A DNA stretch of 64,000 bases from Histomonas meleagridis 2922-C6/04-290x (Eukaryota; Protista; Parabasalia): positions 124,001 through 188,000 of the forward strand of contig JAANOX010000271.1 of NCBI GenBank assembly GCA_020184695.1. Direction: 5' to 3'. The notes below the pieces were generated by a model, which was not told where the DNA came from, did no database searches, and saw only the letters and a list, made by a program, of their open reading frames with translations. Below are positions 25,001 to 36,500 of the stretch, one piece after another. The position numbers and the translations under genes are program-made. Numbering within the stretch: the stretch's first letter is position 1; every line of letters begins with the position of its first letter.

Positions 25001-28000
25001 TCTTTTGATCAAGGAAATATATGAAAATCATTCACAAATTGAAGAAATTATTCCACGATATGAAAAATTCCAACGATTTTCAAATGGAATTTACTTTATT
25101 CAATCTGACAAAGATCTAATTCAAAAGATTATTTCAAATCCAGAAGATATACAAACGTCGATATATAGTTTAGAAAGAATGAAAACAAATGTAACAAACT
25201 TAATGAAATTTAATGATAAATTTGATGATCTTAAATATTGTCCAACAGAACAATTAGAAAAAATTCTTGAATGTCAAAAAATTGCAACAATTCTTAATGA
25301 TAAAATTGATGATATTATAACACATGAGAAACAAAAAGAAGTTGCATCAAGAGTTAAAGCTTCATATAATACACAATTAAGATATTATCAAGAAGAAATA
25401 GATTCACAAAATTATGAACGGAAAATTCGATATTATGAAGATTTACTTAAAGCTAAAGATGAAATTTATAATAAATATAAAGAATATGTTAATGTTAATC
25501 CATTAAAACAATTTTTAGATGATATTGAAACCTTAATAAAGAAAACTAAAGATGAGAAAATTATTGAAAATGCTAAAATAAAGACTGAATCTGAAAAATT
25601 TTTAATTAGATATAGGCCATTAATAGAACGTCTTCAAAGAGAACAATCGCCATCACAATCATTAAATAACGATTTAAGTCAACTTGAAGAAAGTTTTAGA
25701 AGACAAAATCCTTCAATATTTGAAGTTGAAGAAGTTAAAGATCTTATTCAGAAGAAAGAACAAATTCAAGAAAAACAAAATGGATATAAAATGCAACAAC
25801 AAATTAATGCGGAAGCATTCCAAACATCGAAACAATTAAATGAAATTATACCAAAAGAATTTGAAAATTGGGAAATTGAAAAATTTAATGAACTTCTAGA
25901 GAAACGAAAACATATTATTATTGAAGGTAAAGAAGTTGATACAACACAAACGCCAAAAGTTCAAGAAATCTTAGATAATTTTAAAGAAAAACAACAACAA
26001 TGTTATTTATTAAAACTAATTCAATATTATGAAATAACACATCCTGATAGAAGTGAAGAAAATCTAATGAATCATCGATATTTAACTTATAAAGAAATTG
26101 ATATAGATACTAAAATTGGATTTCTAAATAATTTAACTAAATATAATCAAGATAAAGATAATATTTTACAAAGCGCTTATGTAACTGGTAAGATTAAAAA
26201 TGGAACAATGAATAAACTTCAAAACAGATTCCAAAAAATAATTGATACATTTAAAAATGAAAAACTTCCGGGACTAAAGAAAGAATTTAATTATTATGTG
26301 AAAAGAGCTTCAGAAAATATAATATATTATAATGGTTGTGAAGAAATCATTGGAATTGTTAAAATATTTCTTGAAGAAGAATCCAAAGAAATGCAACAAA
26401 TACTTGATGCAATTAAAAAGCCAGAACAAAATCAATATAAATTACAACTTAAACAACATATTGGAATTGAACAAGATTATAAAAATGCTATAGAAGATTC
26501 AATAAAAAATATAAAAATATATTATCAAACAATGAAAAAAGATACGAAACCAATAAATTCGAATTATTTCAAACTTATCTCATTAATAAATGGAATATTT
26601 GTAGCAACTCAAAACATTCAAGCATATGAATGTTATTATAAAGAAATTAAAGAATTCTTTGAAAGTATTAAAGAAGAAATTAAAACAGAAATACAACCAA
26701 TATTAATTAAACATCTTGAAAAAGCAAAAGTTATAATTTCTGCAATAAATTCACCACCAAAAATTCCTTCATCACGATCTTCTAATTGGTCATATTTTGA
26801 AAAATATAATGCTAAAACATTAATGACAACTATTTTATCATATTATATCTCAAACATTTCATTAATTCAAATTGTTTTAGGAATTAAAATTGATGAATTA
26901 GAAGAATTAATACAAATGTCAAAAGAGAATACAATTTTAAACATTAATGAAGATCAACTTAAAATTATTGAAGAATCTGAATCATATCTTGAAACTAATC
27001 CAATACTTTCAATGAAAATCATTGAAGGATTATGGAACTTTTATTCAGCAAATGAAAATATTTATGAACGTTGTTATCAAATTCTACAAAAAACATATGA
27101 AAAATTAGGAAGAATTCCTTTAAATGATTTCATACCAACAACTTATATATATTCAAAACGAAGTCAACTTAATACAATGTTATTTGAGCCTTTCTTTGAT
27201 TGCGATTGTTTTATATATGATAAAGATCTTAATAATCATTTCTTCATTGATTTATCAACTTATAAATTCTTTAAATCAGCATCTGCTAAAATCACTGATA
27301 GTTTAATGAGTATAAATGATCTTAAACATGAAATATTAACAAATGAAACAGGTGTAATTCATCCTGCATTTAGGAACACATTCTTTTTACAAGAAGAACA
27401 ACGTAAAATTAACGACAAATTTAATCCGATAACAAAAGCGTTTATACAAAAAATGACGAAATTAACGCAAATTCAAATTAAACGTTGTATGTCGGAAGAA
27501 AACATTGATTTATTAAGAAAGCAAGTCGAATTATCTGAATTTAGAGGATTTTATAATTATGAAAGTTTCAGTACTGAAAGTATATTTAAATTTATATGTA
27601 ATTTTGCACCGATAATTAATGATAGTTTTTCACAAGCAGTTCAAAATTTCCAAAATACATTTAATAAATTACCAAAAAGGAGATCACCAATTGATAAAGC
27701 GAATGAAATTAAATTCGAAAGTCTTAAATTTCAATTTGATAAAATTTTACCATTAAAATGTATATTAACTGATGTTATTAAATGTAAAGAAGTCGAATGG
27801 GTTAACTTATTAGAATTTGGTTCGATATATATACAATTTATATCACAATGCGACACATTTATTCGATATATATATACATCAAAAATATTAACAAAATATT
27901 ATGATAACATTAAAAGTTTCTTTATACAACAACATGCAATTTTATTAGAAACAGTTAGAGAATTTCATATAAAATATTCATCAAAAGTCGTTTCGAATGA

Positions 28001-28703
28001 AGATGCTAAATTCATTATTAATCTTCGAGATTATCAAGGAGTTAATAGAGAAATTGTACAAAAAATTTATTACACTGTAATATCATATGTTCATACACTT
28101 CATGATAATTTAGAAAAACAAGCACAAAAAATGTTTGATGAAATGCGTAAATTATCAAATGAACGAAGACAATTTTTACAAGCTAAATACATTGATCCTA
28201 TTAAAGATGATACTGTTATCGAAATGTATGGAAAGAAATATGTTAGTAAGCGTACAAATGATTACGTAAGGTTTGCTGCTCCAAATGATTCATTTATTAT
28301 ATACGCGTCAACAAGTGAATTTAATGCTTGTTCAATAGTAGTAAAGTATGATAAAGGTACATATAATTTGGAAACACATTTCTTCCCTTACGTAGCATTA
28401 AGACAAAACTTCGATCCAATACATTACCAATATTTCAAAGATCAAAATTGTACAAGTAATTGTACAAAGAATTTTACAAGATATTACACGTATACAATCA
28501 CTGATTGCGATAACACAACTGGTTGCGTAAATGGAGGAATTGATGAGTCGATTTTTAGGGCAATCGTGGTGACTTATAATTGTTTAGATGATTATGAAGC
28601 TCAGAATGATGCTGAAAGAAAGAGGCTGAAAAGACAAATGAAAAGATTGGAAGAAGAGAGAGAAAGAGAGAAACTTCGTCAGATGCTTAGTAAGTTCAGG
28701 TAA
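22095..28703 (+). CDS. Large hypothetical helical protein (2202 aa) with three internal repeats and a P/Q-rich linker
   Basis: Uninterrupted 6.6-kb ORF, with a TCACATTT Inr-like element just upstream. Confidence 0.92.
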   Translation: MGDCYNCIRNLKTPITKAIEEGIPQMFSYYAGILSHNIQRFEELGDLRPSNQINDSDIIFLTQVNHEKEKIFSLLPVYEKANYFAKETRFLNDSFKRDINNYQNANISEGTINNYKRNILKAMKFGDDNFSELNFLNEKTREKIVEDYKYLKEVSQNFDEIYDFVKAHNEVSSIVSSIKNTYERMKSNVDNKKYNEIIRSFNDFIKARNDMMTKPRFKKCKEIEPLKTLCNEVEELYQKLINGLYHESEVEDEKENVIKTLRNELESYKRNNKYNEYQINSFYNKYVIIQFEEVKNDPEIINMKNEFEEIVEKTYQDLRYEKMDYIKRQCLSLLNSLDAVNDKNKIRLQEEYALQKCMLFNDQFIADFTEECPEISKKYEEYQQKYGKEITPIYNDYNVRQIFSSFIKNASNIRTNINNSNLIQFKKYINICEFIINKSDFQNYLSESQKNDKDYIQITNIIANKDKFLELVPYYSRYSQFQNNLFTVKEALQKLQENKFSYYQYFEAKPRIEKTFNFYSEKFYELEFLSDNEKNLVQTFGPLIVNYHEKSKETLQLLLCQYISQQLESQFNSKYLKMKRALESKSYNFLNELEDYILMIEDLSNRTYIQEASSIEPLKSLVKQITETNEYINTQNILTKYQIDEAFRTYENTLNNYISRIQNDFSESTMESFYTTISQMKANCANILQEQKFQDMVTKFETYLKESLQKQREKELKSAEEQAFNELKQYSKENMSENDKKYFLERYIKFSNKSIKGVITNVTVNEKCIPLIENYLSNGGTLYETKSSSKAPFDYDIWVPSQMPENLIQCDIRPVPCLPGAIQTEFKPPELVKKTFAPPTIGSVAVQFNVPKIQPKPTQVKQEAPKPVQVKQEVQTQQIQPKPAQVQPKPTQETPKPVQSQEKSNGPSELQIILVFNAIKNTQLNKLVLNGNLSGFKQEIKKIEQQLSIIDMFSSQEYLNSTQANDKDFLLIKEIYENHSQIEEIIPRYEKFQRFSNGIYFIQSDKDLIQKIISNPEDIQTSIYSLERMKTNVTNLMKFNDKFDDLKYCPTEQLEKILECQKIATILNDKIDDIITHEKQKEVASRVKASYNTQLRYYQEEIDSQNYERKIRYYEDLLKAKDEIYNKYKEYVNVNPLKQFLDDIETLIKKTKDEKIIENAKIKTESEKFLIRYRPLIERLQREQSPSQSLNNDLSQLEESFRRQNPSIFEVEEVKDLIQKKEQIQEKQNGYKMQQQINAEAFQTSKQLNEIIPKEFENWEIEKFNELLEKRKHIIIEGKEVDTTQTPKVQEILDNFKEKQQQCYLLKLIQYYEITHPDRSEENLMNHRYLTYKEIDIDTKIGFLNNLTKYNQDKDNILQSAYVTGKIKNGTMNKLQNRFQKIIDTFKNEKLPGLKKEFNYYVKRASENIIYYNGCEEIIGIVKIFLEEESKEMQQILDAIKKPEQNQYKLQLKQHIGIEQDYKNAIEDSIKNIKIYYQTMKKDTKPINSNYFKLISLINGIFVATQNIQAYECYYKEIKEFFESIKEEIKTEIQPILIKHLEKAKVIISAINSPPKIPSSRSSNWSYFEKYNAKTLMTTILSYYISNISLIQIVLGIKIDELEELIQMSKENTILNINEDQLKIIEESESYLETNPILSMKIIEGLWNFYSANENIYERCYQILQKTYEKLGRIPLNDFIPTTYIYSKRSQLNTMLFEPFFDCDCFIYDKDLNNHFFIDLSTYKFFKSASAKITDSLMSINDLKHEILTNETGVIHPAFRNTFFLQEEQRKINDKFNPITKAFIQKMTKLTQIQIKRCMSEENIDLLRKQVELSEFRGFYNYESFSTESIFKFICNFAPIINDSFSQAVQNFQNTFNKLPKRRSPIDKANEIKFESLKFQFDKILPLKCILTDVIKCKEVEWVNLLEFGSIYIQFISQCDTFIRYIYTSKILTKYYDNIKSFFIQQHAILLETVREFHIKYSSKVVSNEDAKFIINLRDYQGVNREIVQKIYYTVISYVHTLHDNLEKQAQKMFDEMRKLSNERRQFLQAKYIDPIKDDTVIEMYGKKYVSKRTNDYVRFAAPNDSFIIYASTSEFNACSIVVKYDKGTYNLETHFFPYVALRQNFDPIHYQYFKDQNCTSNCTKNFTRYYTYTITDCDNTTGCVNGGIDESIFRAIVVTYNCLDDYEAQNDAERKRLKRQMKRLEEEREREKLRQMLSKFR

Positions 28704-29383
28704 AAAAAAATTTTTTCTTTATTTGTTTTTGTAAATAATAATTTTTGTTTTATATTGTGCTCAAGCACTTTTCGATCGGTTTTGGCAGAATCATTTTCAA
28801 AAAGTGAAACCGATACTTCCAATTTTTAAAAATTTGCCCACAGAGCAGACAAAAAACCACATTATCTCAAGTAATTCAAGTTTTGTTGACTGCATTTTTG
28901 GAATACCACATTATCAAAGTGTCTTAAATGCATTCTGGGGCGCCCCGTTTGTATGGGGCAGCCCAATTTTCATCAAGAAAATTCTAATTTTATTTCCTTT
29001 ATCAAATAATTAAAGTATTTTCTTCAACCAATATATTTGTGAAACCAAATAATAATATTTTAATTACATAAATTTAGATTGAAAACAATCACATAAGAAA
29101 AAAATATTTAAGCACTTTGCGACCATCAAAAGCACAAACATCTTAACAAATCATTAAAATTATAAAATAAGATTGGCCCCAAAAATATGTTTTAAAAAAA
29201 TTGATTACGAAATTTCCATTTTGATTTGAATATTTTTTCATCAAATTGAAAGCAGATTTTTATTCATGTGATGATAAGGATCTAATAAAAACCAAAAAAA
29301 TTCACCAGAATATGTTTATTTTCTCAGTTTGATTTCCTCTTTTTATTTAATAGCTTTTGACTTTTTATCATAATTTTCATTCA

Positions 29384-31512
29384 TTATTTAAATAATTCAT
29401 CTAAATCAGTTACATCATTTGCGATGGTAAAAAATGTGTAAAATATTATAAACAAATTCCAAATATTCTTAAACATCAACTTTTAAAAAGAATTTCGACA
29501 TAATTTCAATGAATTTTATCTTCAATATTTAAATCAATTCCTTTTTGTTCAAGAAGTAATTTAACAATTTCAAGTTTATCATGCGCATACATAATTGCAG
29601 TTCGAAATATTTTAAAGAATTTCCAATATCAATATATAAATTTCATATATAAAAAATTGATATTATTTCTAATATTTAAATCAATTCCTTTTTGTTCAAG
29701 AAGTAATTTAACAACATCAATATTACCACTAAAAATTGCATTTATTAAAGCTGTATCAAAAATATATTATTAATTCCAAATATAATAATATTACTCTAAA
29801 TAATTGAAATTAACAAAGAAATAAACAAAGTAATATTTTGAGCATTAATATCAATATCTTTTTGTTTTAGAAGCAATTTAATGATTTCTTTGTTTAGTTC
29901 TTTTGTTGAACTAAACATACATGCAAAAATAAGTGCTGTATTAAATTATTATTTAAAACTCCAAATATAATTTTAAAACATAAAATAAATGAAATAAATA
30001 TTATATAACACAAATATATATCTTTACAATTGAAATCAATACCTTTTTCTTTTAAAAGTAACTTAAATATTTCTAAATATCCATTTTCTGATGCTACTGA
30101 AATTGCTGTTACAAATAAAATGATAAAATTCCAAATGTTATTCAAAAAATTCAAATATTTTCATTAAAATTCAAAAATAATAAACAAAAATTTTTACCAT
30201 TAATATCAAAACCTTTATGTTCAAGAATGAATTTAACAAGTTCAATATTACCTGTTTTTACTGCATATGGTAAAATATTAGTTGGAATACAATTTTCTTC
30301 AAGAAAATATTTAACAAGTAAAAGATTATTATTTTTTGTTGCTGTAATAATCATAGAATCATTAATTTTCATTCCTTTTTTTATTAAATATAACAAAATT
30401 TCATAGTTATTATATAAAATACAATCAACACCTAATTTTGATATATAATCAATTTCATTAGTTTCATTTTCATAAAGATATTTAAAAATATCATTTCGAT
30501 GAAATTCTATTGCTATTCCATATAATGGTGATAATGAGTGATTTTGTTCACATAAATGAATTATTTCAAGATTTCCACCTGCAATCGCATATATGCTTGT
30601 ATTGAAGTCTAATTTAGCGCTATTTATCAATAAATATTTAAAACATTTAATTGATCCAAAAAATGCTGCATAATCAATAAGCCGAACATTACGCCAATTA
30701 ACAAATGAATAACTTTCATAAAATGATGGGCTAACTTCTTGATTAATATCAAAATTCGATGTTGATGTTATTTCTTGAAGTTTTTCGATATTATCATTTC
30801 GAATTACTTTTGAAAGTTCAGATGGATTAATTCCTTCTTTAATTAATTGTTTATGAAGTTTCCAATCATCTTTTGAAAGGATATCAATGTCCTCAAAAAA
30901 ATCTTTCCATTTTGTAAAAAAGTCTTCACAACTTTTTTTAAAAAAATTAATTTTATCATTGAGTGTTTCTTTTGTAAGATATTGTGCAAAATAGAATGAG
31001 TTCTCATTTTTTAAGATTTCTGATGTGATTATATTATATTCAAACATCTTCTCTAAAAGATAATGTGATTCTTCTTTATAGAAATCTTTGCTAATATGTT
31101 GTACAAAAGTTTTAATTATTTCGCTGTTGTTTTTATGAATTTCTTTTTCTTTGGTTTCAATTTTCTTCAGCATTTCAAAATAAACATTAGGCTCTTTTCT
31201 TTGTGAATAAAAAGATGAATATATTAATTTACATATAATATTATCAAATGAAATTGGAAAACAAGTAATGAGGAAATCAACTTGTTCAACAAATGGTTTT
31301 TGAATATTTTCTTCACTTACTTCGAAAATCATTTGTTTAAGCATAAGCAACGTTTGTAAATTATCAATGTTTACATTATACTTTGTACAAATTACATTAT
31401 TTTCCTTTTTCATCAAATAAATTCCCGCGCCAAAACTGTCAGAAAACCGGACCAAATAAACATTTAAATCATTTATGCTCCCTATCCTAAACATCCAAAG
31501 CTTCAGTATCAA
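29384..31512 (-). CDS. Ankyrin-repeat protein, DUF3447-type (locus B), spacer-interrupted
   Basis: ORF 30151..31512 carries the family motifs. Four downstream blocks parse with 17-nt spacers. The terminal block near 29430-29520 is ambiguous, so the 3' end is uncertain. Confidence 0.8.
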
Positions 31513-31769
31513 AACATAAAACTATAAATATTGATGATGAATATTGTTTGACTTTACCATTTAAATGTTCTTAAATTTAATTTTGTTCGATTCGATCAAA
31601 TATTTGAAATCGATTTATTTCATCACTTTAAATTTTCATTAATTATTAAATCTCAAACACACCAAACGAAACAATTTCTTCAGCACACATAAAAATGTCA
31701 AAATCCAAAAATCCAAATTCCTCACACACATTTAAAATAAAAATAAAAATGCAACCAGATTTCAATTGT

Positions 31770-32717
31770 TTAGCACTTTGGGATAATGACATCTGATGCG
31801 ATACCACATTGGTTATCCTTGTCCTTGCTCATACGGATGTAACCATCTTCACCCCATGATGGGCCCCATGAGTTACGGACGATCCAATAGTTAACGCCAT
31901 TTTCTGAACCATAACCAACGAGACCAACAGCGTGGTTAAGGCGGTATGATGAGCATCTTGATTCATCATAGATACCAGAGTCATAAAGTTGGAATGAGTA
32001 TTGACCAGCATCGATAGCAACTGAAACAACACCATCGGAAGCGCAAGCGTTGGCGAGTTCTGTTTCATCTTGTGTTGTTGTTGGGCGGTAGTAGCCAGTG
32101 AACTTGCAAACACCCTTGCTAGCATCGAACTTGCATGTTCCATCAACACCAGTGTATGGATAATCTTCTTCAGTCATCCAAAGACCATCTTGGTATTCGA
32201 GAACATAATCGTATGTAATGTATTCATCACCACCATTGCAGCCATAGCATGATGTAACGCAATCAACTAAGTTTTGTTCTGAGAGGGAGTAAAGCTTCTT
32301 GTTAACTTGGGCATACTTGGATTCCATGGCTTGGATAACAGAGAATGACCAGCAGCTGCCGCATTGACCTTGATCCTTAACTTCGTTAACAATTCCTTCC
32401 TTACGCCAGTCGACTTCATCAACATTTTGCTTAATATTCTTAACAACCTTCTTTCCGATTTGGGATGTTTGTCTGTGACCGAGTAATGTTTGGTATTCAG
32501 CTTGTGTGTAGCATGCAAGCTTGTTCATGGCGAGCTTGAATGAGTGTGCTTTGTTGTGTTCTTGAACATAACGTTGGTTTGTAAGATAGATACCTAAACG
32601 AACTTGGTATTCATCACCAGTGTAGAGTTGGTTGGTGCTTCTCATCCATGAAACGAAAGACTTTTCTTCATGGGCAAGAATGTTAGCACAGGATGCAAGT
32701 CCTAAGAATGCAAACAT
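31770..32717 (-). CDS. Papain-family cathepsin-L-like cysteine protease (C1A), prepro form
   Basis: QGQCGSCWSF, NHAVGLVGYG and NSWG catalytic motifs, plus an I29-like prodomain. GC-richer codon usage suggests high expression. Confidence 0.97.
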   Translation of the reverse strand: MFAFLGLASCANILAHEEKSFVSWMRSTNQLYTGDEYQVRLGIYLTNQRYVQEHNKAHSFKLAMNKLACYTQAEYQTLLGHRQTSQIGKKVVKNIKQNVDEVDWRKEGIVNEVKDQGQCGSCWSFSVIQAMESKYAQVNKKLYSLSEQNLVDCVTSCYGCNGGDEYITYDYVLEYQDGLWMTEEDYPYTGVDGTCKFDASKGVCKFTGYYRPTTTQDETELANACASDGVVSVAIDAGQYSFQLYDSGIYDESRCSSYRLNHAVGLVGYGSENGVNYWIVRNSWGPSWGEDGYIRMSKDKDNQCGIASDVIIPKC

Positions 32718-33517
32718 TAAAATGTTTCATAACTTCGGTTAGAAATTGAACGAAAGCATTCAAAAATTGAATAGGATTCGGTTCTGGTTGAAAAAGTGCG
32801 ATGTCGTTCCAACCGTTGAAACGTATTTGACAACTTTACCTCGAAAATTTTAAAAACAATGTGATCACTTCACCTCCTTTTTATTGCATTTTGATTTAAA
32901 TTGCTGTACTTGTCTTAAGAACAAATCGTAATTTTGTTACTCCAAGGTCTCGTTCAAGCGAAGAACTCATTTCTACTGTATTGTTTTTTTTTAATTATTC
33001 ATTTTGTTAGAAGTATTTCTTCTTTTCCACATTTCCATTAGACGTGTCCGGATCGAGGTTCTCTTATAAATAATTAATTAATAACTTCCACTAAATTTTC
33101 TATAACCAACGACAGATTTTTTTAATTTTTTTTCTTAATAAATAAAAGTTAAAATTGTCTTTTGAAATCTTTTTAAATAAAATATTTTATAATAGATACA
33201 TCAAATGTTGACATGATTGTTATTTCTTTGTTTGAAATCAATTTTGCTTGAGAAAAAATTATTTAAATTTTTCATTCACCTTTGGATACAAATGACTTTT
33301 TGCCTTGAGAAAATTTATAACAGCATAATGTTTCGTAATGATTGGCACCTTATTATCTTGCGATTGCTTTGCTCATCGAGAACATTCATTCGTCACCACG
33401 AGCGGAGCATAGAAATATTTTTGCTGATTCTATTACACATGAAACGAATGAAACATTTTTGTATAATGTTTGAAAAAAATTATAACGTAAACATTTATTT
33501 ACCAAAACTACACACAT

Positions 33518-36500
33518 TTAATTTGTCGCAATATTATGTATCCAATTATTCAACTTCGTTCTTGTTGATTCGAGTGACTGCTTAATCTTCTTATTAAATT
33601 CCAGCGCGGCTTCTTCGTCAGTTTTGTCCAGCATCAGCATATTCTTCATGTACACAATGTCCTTTGGCTTACGTAACTCTGGTATACCAGTACCAATCAT
33701 TAAAAGGAATAACGTAATGATCAAATTGGAGTTCTTTCGTAATATATTTAACGCTCTTCCACAGTCTTGTTCGAACAATGCGAATCCATTTGGTTCTCTA
33801 TTAATGACATTGACAGATGCACTCGTAAAATGAAATGGAGCTTTTTCTCGTTGGACGCCAAGTTTAGTCTTAAAGTTACCCAAGAAATGGCCAAAGTCTA
33901 TGTGCAAGAAATGTCCATCTTTTTGTATCATTATATTTCCTGGATGACGATCTCCAATTCCTAAGACACACGTGGCGACTGCATAGCCTGCAGATGATAA
34001 CCTAAAGGTTTCTATTGATATTGGTAATGATTTGTTTGATCCATTTTCACTTATATATTTATAATAAATTTCATCTGAAAATGTCCCTTGTTGTTGTTGT
34101 AAAGCAGCTTCTGTTGTAGAATTAGGAACAACTTCAATGAACCCTTGGTTTAAACCTGTTGGTAATACACCATAACAACTCATTCGTAAATCTAATCCTT
34201 CTTTTTGCCATAAATGTTCCATTACGGACATAACTTGTAACGTTAATTGATCTTGTCTTAAATCATCCCCAACTTTAAATAATGTTTGTACTGGTCCATT
34301 TGCAAATTTGGAATTGTTTTCGAACGTTAACCAAAACGGTTTCTTCTTTGAATTCATTACTTTACACTGGTCAATTATAAAAGATTTTACAATCAATCTC
34401 GGGTCCATCGGCAAGTGAAATTCCTCTGGTATTTCAATTGATTTTAATCGTTGCCTTAGATGGTCGGTTGCCATTGTATGATCCATTTGTTCCATTTCCT
34501 TATTAATTGAAACAAGTGTACATGTAAATTGATAAGCCTTCAAAAGCTCATCTTTATATCTTCCAATGCCATGTACGAAATTAATCAAAATTTTTGTAAA
34601 TCTATCTCGAATATGTGATAAATGTGCTTCACTCATTAATTGCCAAAACAATGAATGTCCTAAAAACTTCGGTTCAGTTGTACATCTCTTAATTAAGAAA
34701 TGTACCAAAGGTGAGTCATCATATAATTCATATTTCAAAGCTTGCACAAGTTGTAACAAATACAACCTAACTTCATCATCACTTAACTCTTTTAGTCTTT
34801 CTACAGCATATTTCCTTACAATTGGATCAGCAAATTTTGCATCGAGTAAAGTTAATGAGCTTGTTGCGGAAGGTTTTTCCCATTTTTGTAACAGCGATTG
34901 GACCTCAGATACTTGTTCAGGCTTAGTATAATCTATTGAAGACAAAAACAAAGGTAATAAATCTGAAAATCGTAACAACAAACAACGAACATTCCATAGA
35001 AGTTGTCGATCATTCTCTTCAAGCACAGTTAATGGATCCATTTTCCGTAATTCTTTAATCCTTGCTAAACTTCCTTCTTCTATTTGTAATTCATTTGGTC
35101 TCTTGAATTCAATGTTTGGTGGGCAATAATATATTGGATATTTATACAATGGTAAGTTAAAATGTATTCGAATTGGATTTGATTCATTTGATTCACATGT
35201 AGTTAGGAAATAATCAATTCCATGATGCCACATCTTCTTAATGAATTCTCCGGAGTTTAACCATCCATCGAATAAAAAGACTGGGAAATTATACGTAGCA
35301 ATTCCTCCTCCTTTTTTCTTTTTGTTTTGAGGCGTAGCTTTATATAATGTGAATGAGATACGCGCTGCTCGTGGAATGTTTGAGATAGGTAATGGTATAA
35401 AGATTCGTTCATTAAATAGAATACTACCACTTCCATACACTACTTGAGTATATTGTGGTTCAACAAGATTTTGTGTTCCATGAATTAATGTGACTTGTAT
35501 AAGATATCTCTTGGGCTTAAGTGTAGGATCAAGATCAGTAATACGACTGATAAAGACGGATAAGTAATCTTTGGCTCGATTATGCGGGAAACCGTTAGTG
35601 AAGTCAAGTTTTTCATCGGACGGTTGCGGTTCTTTTGATGTGGTGTTTGTTGGATTTGGTGTTGAAGTTTTCGAATCAGAAAGATCATTTGCATCGATTT
35701 TATAGTTAAGGTTCATCTTAAAAATGGAATCAATAACAGTCTTCTTTTCCACAAGAAGGAGATTCATAATTGGTTGACCAGAAAGAATAAATTGTCGAAC
35801 ACATACAAAATGAATAAGAATAGTATCACCGGCTATGATTTCATCCATGCCTGGGATAACTAAAACATAATCTTCAGGATTAAAATTAATTGGATTATCA
35901 TTCTTTTGAACAAGGGCTTCAATGTTAGGAGGTCTATCAGTCATTGAAGATCTCCTAGCTTCAGACATTTGTTCTCCTCTAACTGTTGTAAGTTTTTGGA
36001 ATTTTTCACTAATCATACGAATTGCACCATTAGCAGTTTCATCATATGGAACTCGTACTGAAAGGCCTGTAGTTGATGCGCCTGTTATATCACTTGAACG
36101 GAGATCAACTTTAAGGTTGATTCCAGCTAAACGTCCGCGTGATTTCACTAAGGCGACGGCTTGAGCGGTTGATTCCGTTTGAAATTCTGTTTGCGATGTG
36201 CTTTGATTTTCTGGTGAAGAGATTTCCTGTTCGTTTGTTGTTATGAAAGAAAGGTTTAGTGGTGGGTAAACTTCGGATATTCGCATTTGAGTCATTAAAG
36301 GATTTTTGGTTAGCATATCGACTCTTTGTTTTTCAATCTCTCTTCGTTCGATAGCAAGTGAATTATTAAGAGAACGAGTCTCAGGGTCGAATTTAATGGA
36401 AACAAGATCGAAATCTTTAATGTATTGTTGTGATGCAAGTTCAAATGAAGTCTCTTTATGACTTAAGTAATATAAAAATTGTGGCTCGCTAGGATTCATC

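Noticed and set aside
29430-29520. Fifth spacer block of locus B (would read EDCVGYTF)
   Set aside because: It fits 17-nt spacing arithmetically, but the spacer ends are atypical and another parse fails, so it is not counted as evidence.
31829-32518. Alternative-frame and antisense ORFs overlapping the protease, PI3K, transporter and other long genes
   Set aside because: Shadows of the real coding frames.
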